DNA from: a virus
Direction: 5' to 3' (one strand)
Virus genome (UHGV): UHGV-0014571
Length of the DNA: 41,429 nt
This document shows, in pieces, positions 17,581-27,230 of the stretch (the stretch's first letter is position 1; the number at the start of each line of letters is the position of its first letter). The position numbers and the translations under genes were made by a program. The notes beneath the pieces were generated by a model. It did not search any database, was not told the origin of the DNA, and was given only the letters and a program-made list of their open reading frames with translations.

Positions 17581-19434
17581 CTACTTCCATTTTCCGATGA
17601 TTTGAATGTTAAATCCGTATGTCATTGATGTCGCTGTTTTTGCAAAATATACCAGTCTTGCGATAGCAACTTCCGACATATTCTGCTGTTGGTTCATGTA
17701 ACAGTTTGAAATGTTCCATGCATTAAAAATCGGTGAAACACTTGCCGAAACCAATGACACAAAAGAAATCGGAAAATTAATATTCTTTGTAACTGTGGAA
17801 GTAGAAGCACTGACGTTTTCGGTATAAAGCCAGCACTCATACAGTCCGTTGTTCCATTTCCGATAATTCCATCCCTCACTGGTTCCCTCCTCTATGACAA
17901 AATCAGCAAGTGATGATCCCTGAATCACCGTATTTCCCGTTACACTCAGATTTTTGCCGAGGCTTACATCTTCTTCAAAGATTGACTCCCATCCCACCTG
18001 AAACGAATAGGGTTTTGTGTAGTCACAATACCGCCCGACCGCCGTATTCTTTCCGCCCTGCCCAAGATGCAGCGGAACATCGTCGGTTGGAATATCAAAG
18101 GAGATCTCCGAACTTTCCCCGATATCATCCGCCACTCCGAGCTGAATGGTATAAGCATTGGTAATCGGAAATTCGATATCCGGGATCAGCGCACTGAACG
18201 AATCCGTATCGGTATTTGACTTTGCAATCAGATCATTCCACGGCTGATTTCCCCACGATTCAGAATCCGGCTTATATCTCCATCTCAACGAACAAAAATT
18301 CTTTTGACTGTTATCGGCTGTAATCGCGGTATAGTTTCTTTTTGCTTTTACCCATATTTTCGTTGAGCTGTTGTTTCTTCCGCCGTCGGCGTTTCCTCTG
18401 TAACATTCCACTGAATCGGATCCGTCCGTCGGGACAACATAGGGTTTGCTGTACGAATATACAAACAATTCCTGCTGACTCAAAGCCGAAAACCCTCTGG
18501 AATCTGTCACCTTTGAAGTAATAGTCTGGTTGCCGGTTGCGGACAAAAAGTCAGAAGTAAACGACGACACAGTATACGTTTTTCCGTCTGCGACAGTAGA
18601 ATAACTGCCTATAGTTGCATTGTACTTGGTCTGAGCCGACAATGTCACATCTACCTTAGATTTTCCCTGAATATAGATTCCCTGAAACGCAGTGCCGAGC
18701 GATCCGTTATTTGCCGCCGCTGTCACAGTCAGTTCGGGTTTGGTGGCATCTGTCTCCTGTACGGAAAATGTTTTTTCAACCGTACTGAAAAACGTACTTC
18801 CCGACATGATTGTTTTAATGATGAATGTTACGGTTCTGCTCCCGCTTGTGGTTGCATTCCGCAGTAAATCCCGTTGTGCATCCGTTAAGGAAAATGTGTA
18901 GGTGCTTGCGGTCTTTGGAATATCCCGATATTCGATATCCGGATAGTTGCCGACCAGTGAGATACAGGCTACCAGTGTAGTAACCGCATTTCCTGCCGGA
19001 TTGCTGTACCGAATGGTCGGATTGTCCAGATCGGTAAAATTCGGTGCCGAAGTAATCGTCGCTTTCCGCGGGATATTGGGCAATGACCATGAACCGCTTC
19101 CGCGGCAATTTACCGCCGTACTGTAGATTCCGGCTTCCGCCGATGCGCTAAACGATTTATTGCCGAGATTGTCATGTTTGAGTGTATAGGATCCGCTGGC
19201 AACAACTGTTCCGTTTTGCAGCCGGATTCTTTCGGAAGAATAGTATACCTGTACGCCGTCAATCACTACTTTGAAATTCCCGGACATATACCATGACGAA
19301 CTGCCCCCGGCGCCTTTTAACGTCCAGTCAATCGTCGTTTTGTTATTTGCAATGTCAGAAGCTCTTGCCGTCCATGCAAACTGCAAATATCTTCCGCTGT
19401 ATGCGCTTGTGTTAAAAGATCCGCTTCCTGCCAT
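17581..19434 (-). CDS. putative tail fiber / receptor-binding protein (~617 aa)
   Basis: ATG 19434 after AGGAGG (track start 19443 is GTG). S/T/N-rich beta-type composition typical of phage fibers. Position within the tail module. Confidence 0.5.
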   Translation of the reverse strand: MAGSGSFNTSAYSGRYLQFAWTARASDIANNKTTIDWTLKGAGGSSSWYMSGNFKVVIDGVQVYYSSERIRLQNGTVVASGSYTLKHDNLGNKSFSASAEAGIYSTAVNCRGSGSWSLPNIPRKATITSAPNFTDLDNPTIRYSNPAGNAVTTLVACISLVGNYPDIEYRDIPKTASTYTFSLTDAQRDLLRNATTSGSRTVTFIIKTIMSGSTFFSTVEKTFSVQETDATKPELTVTAAANNGSLGTAFQGIYIQGKSKVDVTLSAQTKYNATIGSYSTVADGKTYTVSSFTSDFLSATGNQTITSKVTDSRGFSALSQQELFVYSYSKPYVVPTDGSDSVECYRGNADGGRNNSSTKIWVKAKRNYTAITADNSQKNFCSLRWRYKPDSESWGNQPWNDLIAKSNTDTDSFSALIPDIEFPITNAYTIQLGVADDIGESSEISFDIPTDDVPLHLGQGGKNTAVGRYCDYTKPYSFQVGWESIFEEDVSLGKNLSVTGNTVIQGSSLADFVIEEGTSEGWNYRKWNNGLYECWLYTENVSASTSTVTKNINFPISFVSLVSASVSPIFNAWNISNCYMNQQQNMSEVAIARLVYFAKTATSMTYGFNIQIIGKWK

Positions 19435-19435
19435 C

Positions 19436-20164
19436 CTATACACCTCCTACCCATTTAAAAGCAACTCCGGATGTTAAATCACAAAGATATCTTCCCAGTT
19501 TCAGCGATCCGGTGATCTCCGCATTGGTAATATACAGTTTTGTTCCGCTCATCCATGCCACGGCAGACGAATATCCCGGCAGATAAAAATAGATTCCGCC
19601 TGCGGTAAATCTTGCAAATTTGTTGAACTGTTCTTCTCCGTCTATTGTCGTCTTTTGCCCTACTTCCATGCCGTATATCGGAACGCCCTGCGCATCATAT
19701 TCCAACAATCCGGATTTCATCCATGCATTGGTATCAATGACGCTGTGCTCCAGCGTTTCGATATCCGAAAGAATCGTTTGAAGATTGCTGTACATTTGTT
19801 CGATTGAGGAGGAGTTTTTGGTAATTTCATTCGATGTTGTTTCACGGTATATTCCAAAATCGGAGCTTGCTACATAATCTCCGTCTAATTTTTCTTTCAT
19901 CTGTTCATAATAGGCGTTTACAATATCCGCCGATTTGATAATCAGAGATTTTAACGAGTTGAAAGTTGTCTGTGCCTGTTTCTGGTCGGCTTCTGTGCGG
20001 TCGGTGATTTCAAGCTCTGCCGTTTCGCCTCTTGATGCGGAATCAATGGTATTCAGCGCCCAATTCAACTGTTGTACCAGCTGATACAAATAGCTCTGTA
20101 TCTGTGCTGTCTGCAACTCGGCGGACGGCGCTGTGATATTCGGAAGTCTGATATCAATACTCAT
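19436..20164 (-). CDS. putative tail needle/fiber protein with N-terminal coiled coil (242 aa)
   Basis: TAATG overlap with the upstream gene. N-terminal heptad-rich AELQTAQIQSYLYQLVQQLNWALNTI.... Size and position parallel P22 gp26. Confidence 0.4.
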   Translation of the reverse strand: MSIDIRLPNITAPSAELQTAQIQSYLYQLVQQLNWALNTIDSASRGETAELEITDRTEADQKQAQTTFNSLKSLIIKSADIVNAYYEQMKEKLDGDYVASSDFGIYRETTSNEITKNSSSIEQMYSNLQTILSDIETLEHSVIDTNAWMKSGLLEYDAQGVPIYGMEVGQKTTIDGEEQFNKFARFTAGGIYFYLPGYSSAVAWMSGTKLYITNAEITGSLKLGRYLCDLTSGVAFKWVGGV

Positions 20165-21990
20165 TACAGATCGCTCCCCTGCTCAATGGTTTTGGTGATT
20201 GAATAAATTTTGGCGTCTCCCGTTCCCACAATTTTAAAGCGGAAATGATCGCACCGTTTCGGTTTGACCGGGACAGAAAAGCTGCGAAGATTTGTTCCGG
20301 TCATGGAGGACAGCAGCTCCCACTCGCCGCAGGAATCATACTGCGCATAAAACTTGACGGTTGTTCCGATTCCCAGCGACATTCTGACAACGAGTCGGGA
20401 AACATATTTCTTGTCCGGCATCGACGTGCCGATCACTCCCGTTTCCGCCATCCATGAAATCGGGTCGCTCTCCTTGCTCCCGGATCCGAGAATTGCTTTG
20501 ATTTTCTGATCGGAATGATCCAGATAGTAAAGCTCTCCTCTGCATGCACAAAAGGCATCTGCTCTTGTTTCGTCCTCTTTATGCCACATACCGGACGACG
20601 CGTCATAGACAAACAGATACCATTTCCCGTCTGTTTCATCGTTCATAGTAATGTAGTATTTGTTGTGAATTGATCCTGCAACCGCGCCGTTTCGCAATGC
20701 TCCCCATTCTCCCGTTATCGTGCTGTCCGTGCCGGTATATTTGATTCCGCCGAAATAATAGGACACTTCGGACGGCAGGGATCCGTCATATACGCATACC
20801 CCGGTTCTTGATTTGTAGTACAGTTTTTCGTTGACAATCGCCAGACTGTTTCCGCATCCCTTTTGCACCCCGCGGCACGCCGTAGACTGAATCTGATAAT
20901 TGGACGGATAATTCCCGTACACCTTGTGCATAAAATCCTCTTTAAAAAAGAGCGGATATCCCAGATAAGCAACCGCTCCCGTCCATTGTCCGTCCGTTCC
21001 GCAGGACGCCGTATAGCTGTCGGTTGACAATCCCATATAGCAGTTCCAGTTTTTAAAATCCCCCTGCTTGCTGGCATAAATCTCGTTGACAATCTCTCCG
21101 TTTTTTGCCGTGCCGTACCGACATCCCCACAGCCGGTTATTGGCTTCTATGATAAAATCAAGATTCGGCATCTCTCTTTTGACAGTAAGCGGAGCATCCT
21201 GTTTTGTCACATTATCTAAAAACCCCACGACAACCAGATAATCTCCCGCACCGTTTCCATCCTCATCCTTGTACACATCCCACAGCACGCTGGTCTGTCC
21301 TTCCAGATCCTTGAGCTGAGTAATCGAGGAATCAATTCCGGACAGAAGAACCCCGTCATACTGTCGAAAAGCAGAGGCAATTCCGGGTGACTTAATCTTG
21401 ACATAGGTGGTTGCGATGTTCGTCCATACTGCACTTGCAGATGAATACTGCTTTAAGGTATGCGGTGTAGTCGAGGTATCAATCCACAGATCGGCATTAT
21501 CGGCTTCTTCCGGTTCGGCATTTGATACGGTAACATCGGGATAAGCCGTACCGTCAACTTTGCACAGCTCGTACGACACCGTAGAGGACGATGTATAGCT
21601 TGATTCAATGCTTCCGTATTCGGTCAGGTCTTTGGTGTTGATGTATTTTTTGTCCGGCATAATAATGACATACGCCCCCATCGACACCAATTGTTTGGGA
21701 CACATCTCCGCATCGGAGGACAACCCCAGATCAATCGAATATTCGTCAATGACAAAGTTTTTGCCGTCAATATAACACAGCGAATCTTTGGCTATAAGCC
21801 CTAACGGCTTTTGCGGAGAAAGCGCCAGCCCTCTTTTTTCTCTCGGAGAAAGAATCGGATAATAGGTCGAAGTCAGATTCTTCATGTCGTAAAATTCTCC
21901 GTCGGCAATCCTCAGATTGTGATTATATCCTCTGAATGCATCCACCGTGTCTCTTGCTGTTTGAATCACTTCAAGTGTCGGCTGAATCAT
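20164..21990 (-). CDS. putative tail hub/tail structural protein (608 aa)
   Basis: Large ORF between the adaptor-like and needle-like genes. No recognisable enzymatic motifs. Confidence 0.45.
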   Translation of the reverse strand: MIQPTLEVIQTARDTVDAFRGYNHNLRIADGEFYDMKNLTSTYYPILSPREKRGLALSPQKPLGLIAKDSLCYIDGKNFVIDEYSIDLGLSSDAEMCPKQLVSMGAYVIIMPDKKYINTKDLTEYGSIESSYTSSSTVSYELCKVDGTAYPDVTVSNAEPEEADNADLWIDTSTTPHTLKQYSSASAVWTNIATTYVKIKSPGIASAFRQYDGVLLSGIDSSITQLKDLEGQTSVLWDVYKDEDGNGAGDYLVVVGFLDNVTKQDAPLTVKREMPNLDFIIEANNRLWGCRYGTAKNGEIVNEIYASKQGDFKNWNCYMGLSTDSYTASCGTDGQWTGAVAYLGYPLFFKEDFMHKVYGNYPSNYQIQSTACRGVQKGCGNSLAIVNEKLYYKSRTGVCVYDGSLPSEVSYYFGGIKYTGTDSTITGEWGALRNGAVAGSIHNKYYITMNDETDGKWYLFVYDASSGMWHKEDETRADAFCACRGELYYLDHSDQKIKAILGSGSKESDPISWMAETGVIGTSMPDKKYVSRLVVRMSLGIGTTVKFYAQYDSCGEWELLSSMTGTNLRSFSVPVKPKRCDHFRFKIVGTGDAKIYSITKTIEQGSDL

Positions 21991-22002
21991 ACTGTCTCCC
22001 TC

Positions 22003-22374
22003 CTAAAAATATTTGATTTTGGTTCCGAGCGGCATATGCTCTCGGTTATAATACCGTTCCAGCGAAGAATAAGCCGTGTTAAACGCCGTAATGCTGTTGT
22101 TGTATTTGGCATATTCGGCATTGTAATAATCAATGCGGGATTCCAGCCAGTACAGATATAAATCATCATATCCGGCGGGTGCCAACAGCTGCGTTGTCGT
22201 CGGCGTCGTATCGCTGTACCCGTCAAACGTGATCTCCTCCCATCCCTCATGCCGATCTATGATTTCTGTTTTGATGATCTGATCTAAGCTGCTAAGCCAC
22301 TTGATTTTCTCCGAATCGGTATAATTGTTCGGCTTCAAAGAATTAACCGATTTGATCGCTTCTTCAATCGTCAT
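22003..22374 (-). CDS. putative head-tail adaptor/connector protein (123 aa)
   Basis: Position immediately after the capsid gene; size compatible with a portal-binding adaptor. Confidence 0.3.
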   Translation of the reverse strand: MTIEEAIKSVNSLKPNNYTDSEKIKWLSSLDQIIKTEIIDRHEGWEEITFDGYSDTTPTTTQLLAPAGYDDLYLYWLESRIDYYNAEYAKYNNSITAFNTAYSSLERYYNREHMPLGTKIKYF

Positions 22375-22449
22375 ATCACTGCCCCCTTATATTCCGGTAT
22401 AAAAAATAAGGGAGACATCGCCTGCCTCCCTTCCTTTTCGCTTATTTTG

Positions 22450-22677
22450 TTATCCCTGAACGGAAGAATCAAATTCATATGCACTTTCCAGCGCCTGCTC
22501 CTGATGCCGCAAAACTTCTGCGACACATTCCGGAACCTCAACTTCAATTCCGCGCTTAATCAGCCACGTCCGCTCATTCACGGACACGAATACATCTGCT
22601 TCTTCTTTTTTCATTCTGGGCAATTTAATTTTAACGGTCTTTTCTCTTGCTTCCTGTGCTTTTTTTGTTTCTGCCAT
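22450..22677 (-). CDS. small hypothetical head-associated protein (75 aa)
   Basis: ORF between capsid and adaptor-like genes, charged and lysine-rich. Confidence 0.35.
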   Translation of the reverse strand: MAETKKAQEAREKTVKIKLPRMKKEEADVFVSVNERTWLIKRGIEVEVPECVAEVLRHQEQALESAYEFDSSVQG

Positions 22678-22734
22678 TATGATCTTTCCTCCTTAAATCG
22701 GATGGGGAGGGATTTCCTCCCCAATTTAAAACAA

Positions 22735-23805
22735 TTAGTTCGCCGGGGTTGCGTCAAAGTCAGGAGAACAGGATTCAACCCGAACAAGATAGTTCGGAAT
22801 CAACAGTTCGGCTGTTTTCAGAGCTTTCCATCCCACAGAGCTTCTCTGATCTAACGGATCGGCTGTTCCTGCGCTTCCTTTCTGTTTGATAATCGTTTGA
22901 AGTCCGCCGCCAGTAATCTCTGTTACGCCGTATGCGCCATCACCGATAAACAGTGTGGCAAATACCGAATGATACACCGCCGGATTCCCGTCGGATGCCG
23001 CTGTTTTTACCGGACAGGTGCTGTCATTCCATACCTTTGCTTCGGTGGTCTGAACAAAACGAACGCCTGCGATTTCCCCGATTTCCCCTTCATAAAGGTT
23101 ATCCGGAGCCGCATATTTGTGTGCGTCAATCCATTCGGGATCACGCATTAAATCATAAGCAACATACGGATGGATGATTGCAACGTATTTTCCGTTGATG
23201 GTCGGCGCATTTTGTCCGCGCAGTTTGGCGACAACCTTTTGAATGGTTTTTACGGTTAGTTTTGCTGTGGTTCCCAAACTGCTTCTGGAAAGCACCTCGG
23301 TTTCTGTACTGCCGGATACTGTCGGACAATAGGTTACGTTTGTGTTTGATACCAAGACATTTCGCACAATAGTATCCAGTGTTGCACCGGCTTGTTTGCC
23401 CAACAGTTTGGTCGCTTCCAAAATGGTGTTGTCCAGTGCTGTCAATTCCAATACATCGGACTGGGTGATATAGTCGCCGTACTGAGAAACCGTCGCAGTA
23501 ATCGCTGTTACATCCAGTCTTTTTCCGTCCGGAGTAACGCCTTCGGTCAGTGCTTCCGTTGCTTTCGGCAAAGACGAGAATTTTCTAAATTCAATGGTTT
23601 TCCCGCCGTTTGCCGGAATCGGTCTTTTCTGTCCGAACTGATCGTGAACAAGCTGAGCCGATGCCTCGTCAATCAATGTCATGTCATAGAATGTTTTCAT
23701 CTCTGCCGACAGATCGTTATAGGCCGGGTATGCTTGTCCGGTGGTGCGGGTATCTCCTGTTACATTAACGTGGTTTGCAAATAACTGTAAATTTAATTCT
23801 TTCAT
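22735..23805 (-). CDS. major capsid protein with N-terminal Prp-cleavable leader
   Basis: 356 aa. N-terminus MKELNLQLFANH resembles the ribosomal L27/phage 80alpha Prp cleavage motif. Gene order scaffold-capsid. Confidence 0.75.
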   Translation of the reverse strand: MKELNLQLFANHVNVTGDTRTTGQAYPAYNDLSAEMKTFYDMTLIDEASAQLVHDQFGQKRPIPANGGKTIEFRKFSSLPKATEALTEGVTPDGKRLDVTAITATVSQYGDYITQSDVLELTALDNTILEATKLLGKQAGATLDTIVRNVLVSNTNVTYCPTVSGSTETEVLSRSSLGTTAKLTVKTIQKVVAKLRGQNAPTINGKYVAIIHPYVAYDLMRDPEWIDAHKYAAPDNLYEGEIGEIAGVRFVQTTEAKVWNDSTCPVKTAASDGNPAVYHSVFATLFIGDGAYGVTEITGGGLQTIIKQKGSAGTADPLDQRSSVGWKALKTAELLIPNYLVRVESCSPDFDATPAN

Positions 23806-23857
23806 GATAATATCTCCTTTTTATTCTTTTCTGACTGCAAGGAGATTGGATTTCGGT

Positions 23858-24802
23858 TTAAAACCGTATCTTTTCTCCCCCTGCAACTCTGCGGATAATT
23901 TCCGCTCGGTCTGCTTTTGAGAGCTGTGACACATCACTCTTGATTACTGCGGATGATTGGTTTCCGATTCCGTTTTCTGTCGGTCTTGCGCCGTTAGCGA
24001 TAATTTTGTTAGTCAGCTGCTGTCCTACTTTCTGGGCGGTAAACTGCATCGCAGCCGGAATAATTTCATCCTTGTGCAACACTTCGTAGGCAGTCCGTAC
24101 ATCAACGTTATTGCGCAGCAGTTCAAAAAACCGCGGATTCTGCATTTCGGTTTCAAAATCAAAACCCGGATAAATGCTTTTGACATGCTCTGCCTGATCC
24201 ATCCAAAACGCAAAGGTTCTGCTTGCATTTTCCTGTGCATCATGCTCTTCCATCTGTTTTTTGATCTCGGCGTTTTCCCGTTCCATCTTTCGGATGTACT
24301 TCAACTGATCTACCGTAATTCCTTTTTCCAGCGCTTCCTCCTCATAATATGAGTTGTCGTCCTCAATGGCTTTATTGAGTGCATCAACATCCGAAGCATC
24401 CACCCCATATTTTTTAGAGAGCATTTCCAACGTCGGCGTAAGTGCGTTGTACCGGTCTACCGTTTCTTTCGTGCTTTTCAGCCTTTTTTGAATGGTATCC
24501 TGAATCCGTGCGTCATAAAGATCTTTGTACTCTCCTTTAATCAGCTTTTCAAATTCGGCAGTACGGTCTGCCTGCGGTACGGCATCACTGTCGGAATCCG
24601 TTTCCTTGGTCTGCACATTGGCGGGATGTGCGTCCTCCTGAATCCCATATTTTACATTGGCAAGAGGATTTTTATCAGCCTTTTTTGCGGATGTGGCGGG
24701 CATCCCATCAGCCGGTGTTCCGTCTGCACCGGTGCCACTGTCTCCTGCTCCCTCTGCAAAGAGCTGAAGATTGATGCGACGGATTATTTCTTTTTTTGAC
24801 AT
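23858..24802 (-). CDS. scaffolding protein with N-terminal Prp-cleavage motif
   Basis: 314 aa, acidic and helical. N-terminus ...RRINLQLFAEGAG. Located between the Prp-like protease and the capsid. Confidence 0.65.
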   Translation of the reverse strand: MSKKEIIRRINLQLFAEGAGDSGTGADGTPADGMPATSAKKADKNPLANVKYGIQEDAHPANVQTKETDSDSDAVPQADRTAEFEKLIKGEYKDLYDARIQDTIQKRLKSTKETVDRYNALTPTLEMLSKKYGVDASDVDALNKAIEDDNSYYEEEALEKGITVDQLKYIRKMERENAEIKKQMEEHDAQENASRTFAFWMDQAEHVKSIYPGFDFETEMQNPRFFELLRNNVDVRTAYEVLHKDEIIPAAMQFTAQKVGQQLTNKIIANGARPTENGIGNQSSAVIKSDVSQLSKADRAEIIRRVAGGEKIRF

Positions 24803-24823
24803 ATGTAATAGTCCTTTCTGCTC

Positions 24824-25204
24824 TTAAAGTGAGCGATTCTTTTCTATATCGACAGGGACAGATTCCCTATCAAACCGTGTAATCTGCACATACTCCGGAT
24901 AGTGATGTGCCAAAAGGGCAAAACCCGCCTGCACCGTAAGAAACGTCTGCAATGCTTTTGCATAGGCGTCTTTGCGCGGTTTACAGGTGATAACGGCGTT
25001 TCCCTCGTTCAGCGTAACAGCAGGCTTTTTCTTGAGCTTGCCGTCTGCATACAGTTCCGATACAATCTGAGCGGCCGTATATGCTAGGATTGTTGCCGAG
25101 GCGCAGATCAGATCTTTTCCTGCTTCGGCTTGTCCTGCGTGTCCGCTTATTGTCAGAACAAATGACTTTTGATCTTGTGTTGTTTCAAACCTTGCTTTAA
25201 TCAT
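24824..25204 (-). CDS. prp: Prp-like cysteine protease (ribosomal-processing protease homolog; phage prohead protease)
   Basis: Start at ATG 25204 (MIKARFE...) with RBS AAGAGGAA. TISGHAGQAEAGKDLICASATIL matches the Prp His/Cys dyad region (GHA...C). Confidence 0.7.
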   Translation of the reverse strand: MIKARFETTQDQKSFVLTISGHAGQAEAGKDLICASATILAYTAAQIVSELYADGKLKKKPAVTLNEGNAVITCKPRKDAYAKALQTFLTVQAGFALLAHHYPEYVQITRFDRESVPVDIEKNRSL

Positions 25205-25214
25205 CCTGTTCCTC

Positions 25215-27230
25215 TTAGGTCGGAGAAGTCGCATCCGCAACCCGCTGTCTTGCTTTTTTGGTATGAGACGCTTCCCCGCTGTTTGATTCCTCTGACTGTT
25301 TAATCTGTTCGGCGGACGGATTTCCTCCCGTCATGTTCGGCAACTGCATTCCAAACTGTCCTGCCAGCCCCGCGGTAACTTCATTATTTCCGTGTGCCTG
25401 ATCTACCATAGCGCCCAGCTGCATCATCTGTTGCTGCATCATCATGATCTGCTGATACATTCCGCCGTTTTGGGCTATCTTTTGCATGACAAATTCTTTA
25501 CGGTCAAAATCCATCATGTCAATGCAGGCAAGCGCCTGATCGGCCAGCTGAGGATTAAAAAATCCTGCGCCGAAAAATTGCAGTGCGAGTTCATTTTGAC
25601 TCATTTTAGAATAGGGGCTTTGCTTTTGTGCCGTGACCTCGATATCAAATAACGGCAGTCTGTATCCGAAATCTTCTCCGAATGCCATGCCCTGTTCCTG
25701 CGGCTGAATCCCCGAATTGCTGTACTGAATATACTGCGCCGTGCCGTTTTCGCCGATAATCCGAAAACACCGCGGCAGATCATAAAACTGTCGAATCAGT
25801 TCAATTACCATCAGACAAAGCCCTCGGAACGCACGGTAAGACGCTTTGTTATTATCTCTGGACAGCTTTGATCCGGCTTCCTGCATAGCGGCAATTGCCG
25901 ACGCCGCCGTTACGCCCGATGTAGTTCCTCCGGTTGAGATATCTCTGTTTCCGGTTGTTTCTTTTAACTCGTCAATCTTATTGTTGAGCACGGCAACATA
26001 GATGTCGTTTAACGGTTTTCCCGACACCGGAAGAATACTGTCCTGTCCCAGATTCCCGTCAACATGGACAAAGTCCTTTGTCATGTCGGCATATTCCTGC
26101 TCGTTGACCGATCCGTCATTTCTGATAAAATGTCTCGGCTTTGCATTGGCAAGCATATTTTGCATGATTGCCTGATTCCCGCGGTCAATATATCCCTGTG
26201 CATCCTTGCCCACATCAATGTATCCGAATCCCGCAGGGGTTCCCTCTGTCTTAAATAAGGGATCAAACACAAACGGATATTTTCCGTGATCGTACCATCC
26301 ACGCTCAGAAAAATTCGGATCGTTCTCTGTCGCAAACAACACGATGTCATTTACATATTTACAGTAGTGCAGTACCACTTTTCCGTTGCGGTTTTTCTTG
26401 TAATACCAATCCACAACAACCGATTTTTCCGTCGTGTCTACGTTATCGTCATAAACATACTTTGCAATGTCAACCGTTGATTTGCCGAGCTTTCCCTGAA
26501 GCTGAGGATATTGACTTATCAGCAGATCGTTGTCGGCAAGCTCAACATGAAACAGATTTCTGCTCTTTTGAATATCGGTAATCCCGCTCTCCCAAAACAG
26601 ATTAATCAGATCAATCTTTTTAATTGAGATATCGCCCAGTCCGTTTAACAGCGATTTATCCCAGAAAACACCGTATACTCCTGTTCCGGTTTTCAGCTTG
26701 TAATCCATCACATCGGAATAAACCTGCTCAAACTCGCATTGATCCAAAATAACAGGAATAACAGAGGTAAGCATCTGCGCTTCTCCTTTGTCGCTTTCCT
26801 CTCTCGGGAGAACATTGGGTGCCGGAAAGTTATCCATTGCGTCGGCATGCTTATTGGCAATACAGTTAAACAGCCACGCCGATGTGGGCTGAATCGTTTG
26901 TTTTGCATCCCTCATACATTCCCAGTGTCTGAGCTTGTACCATTGTTCATTGTCAACAATTCTGCGTTCCAGATTTGCTTTGCCCTCTTTGTATTTATTC
27001 AGGATCAAGTTCGCTTTCTGAACCGCTTCTTTTCCGATCGGCTGCTGTAATGCGACAAATCCGTCTACTGCGCCGTTTTCATCCGCTTGCTGTTGTGTTT
27101 GCCATTGCCGGTCTAACAGGCGCTGTGCTTCGTCCTCTGCTGTCGGCTGAGGAGCAGACTGCCGCCTTGCCAGCTGTTCTTCATCGGTGATTTTGTTTTG
27201 TTTTTTGCTGTTTTCTTTTTTTGGTGCCAC
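25215..27230 (-). CDS. portal protein
   Basis: 671 aa. GTG start overlapping the terL stop by 1 nt. Position terL-portal-protease-scaffold-capsid. Confidence 0.75.
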   Translation of the reverse strand: MAPKKENSKKQNKITDEEQLARRQSAPQPTAEDEAQRLLDRQWQTQQQADENGAVDGFVALQQPIGKEAVQKANLILNKYKEGKANLERRIVDNEQWYKLRHWECMRDAKQTIQPTSAWLFNCIANKHADAMDNFPAPNVLPREESDKGEAQMLTSVIPVILDQCEFEQVYSDVMDYKLKTGTGVYGVFWDKSLLNGLGDISIKKIDLINLFWESGITDIQKSRNLFHVELADNDLLISQYPQLQGKLGKSTVDIAKYVYDDNVDTTEKSVVVDWYYKKNRNGKVVLHYCKYVNDIVLFATENDPNFSERGWYDHGKYPFVFDPLFKTEGTPAGFGYIDVGKDAQGYIDRGNQAIMQNMLANAKPRHFIRNDGSVNEQEYADMTKDFVHVDGNLGQDSILPVSGKPLNDIYVAVLNNKIDELKETTGNRDISTGGTTSGVTAASAIAAMQEAGSKLSRDNNKASYRAFRGLCLMVIELIRQFYDLPRCFRIIGENGTAQYIQYSNSGIQPQEQGMAFGEDFGYRLPLFDIEVTAQKQSPYSKMSQNELALQFFGAGFFNPQLADQALACIDMMDFDRKEFVMQKIAQNGGMYQQIMMMQQQMMQLGAMVDQAHGNNEVTAGLAGQFGMQLPNMTGGNPSAEQIKQSEESNSGEASHTKKARQRVADATSPT

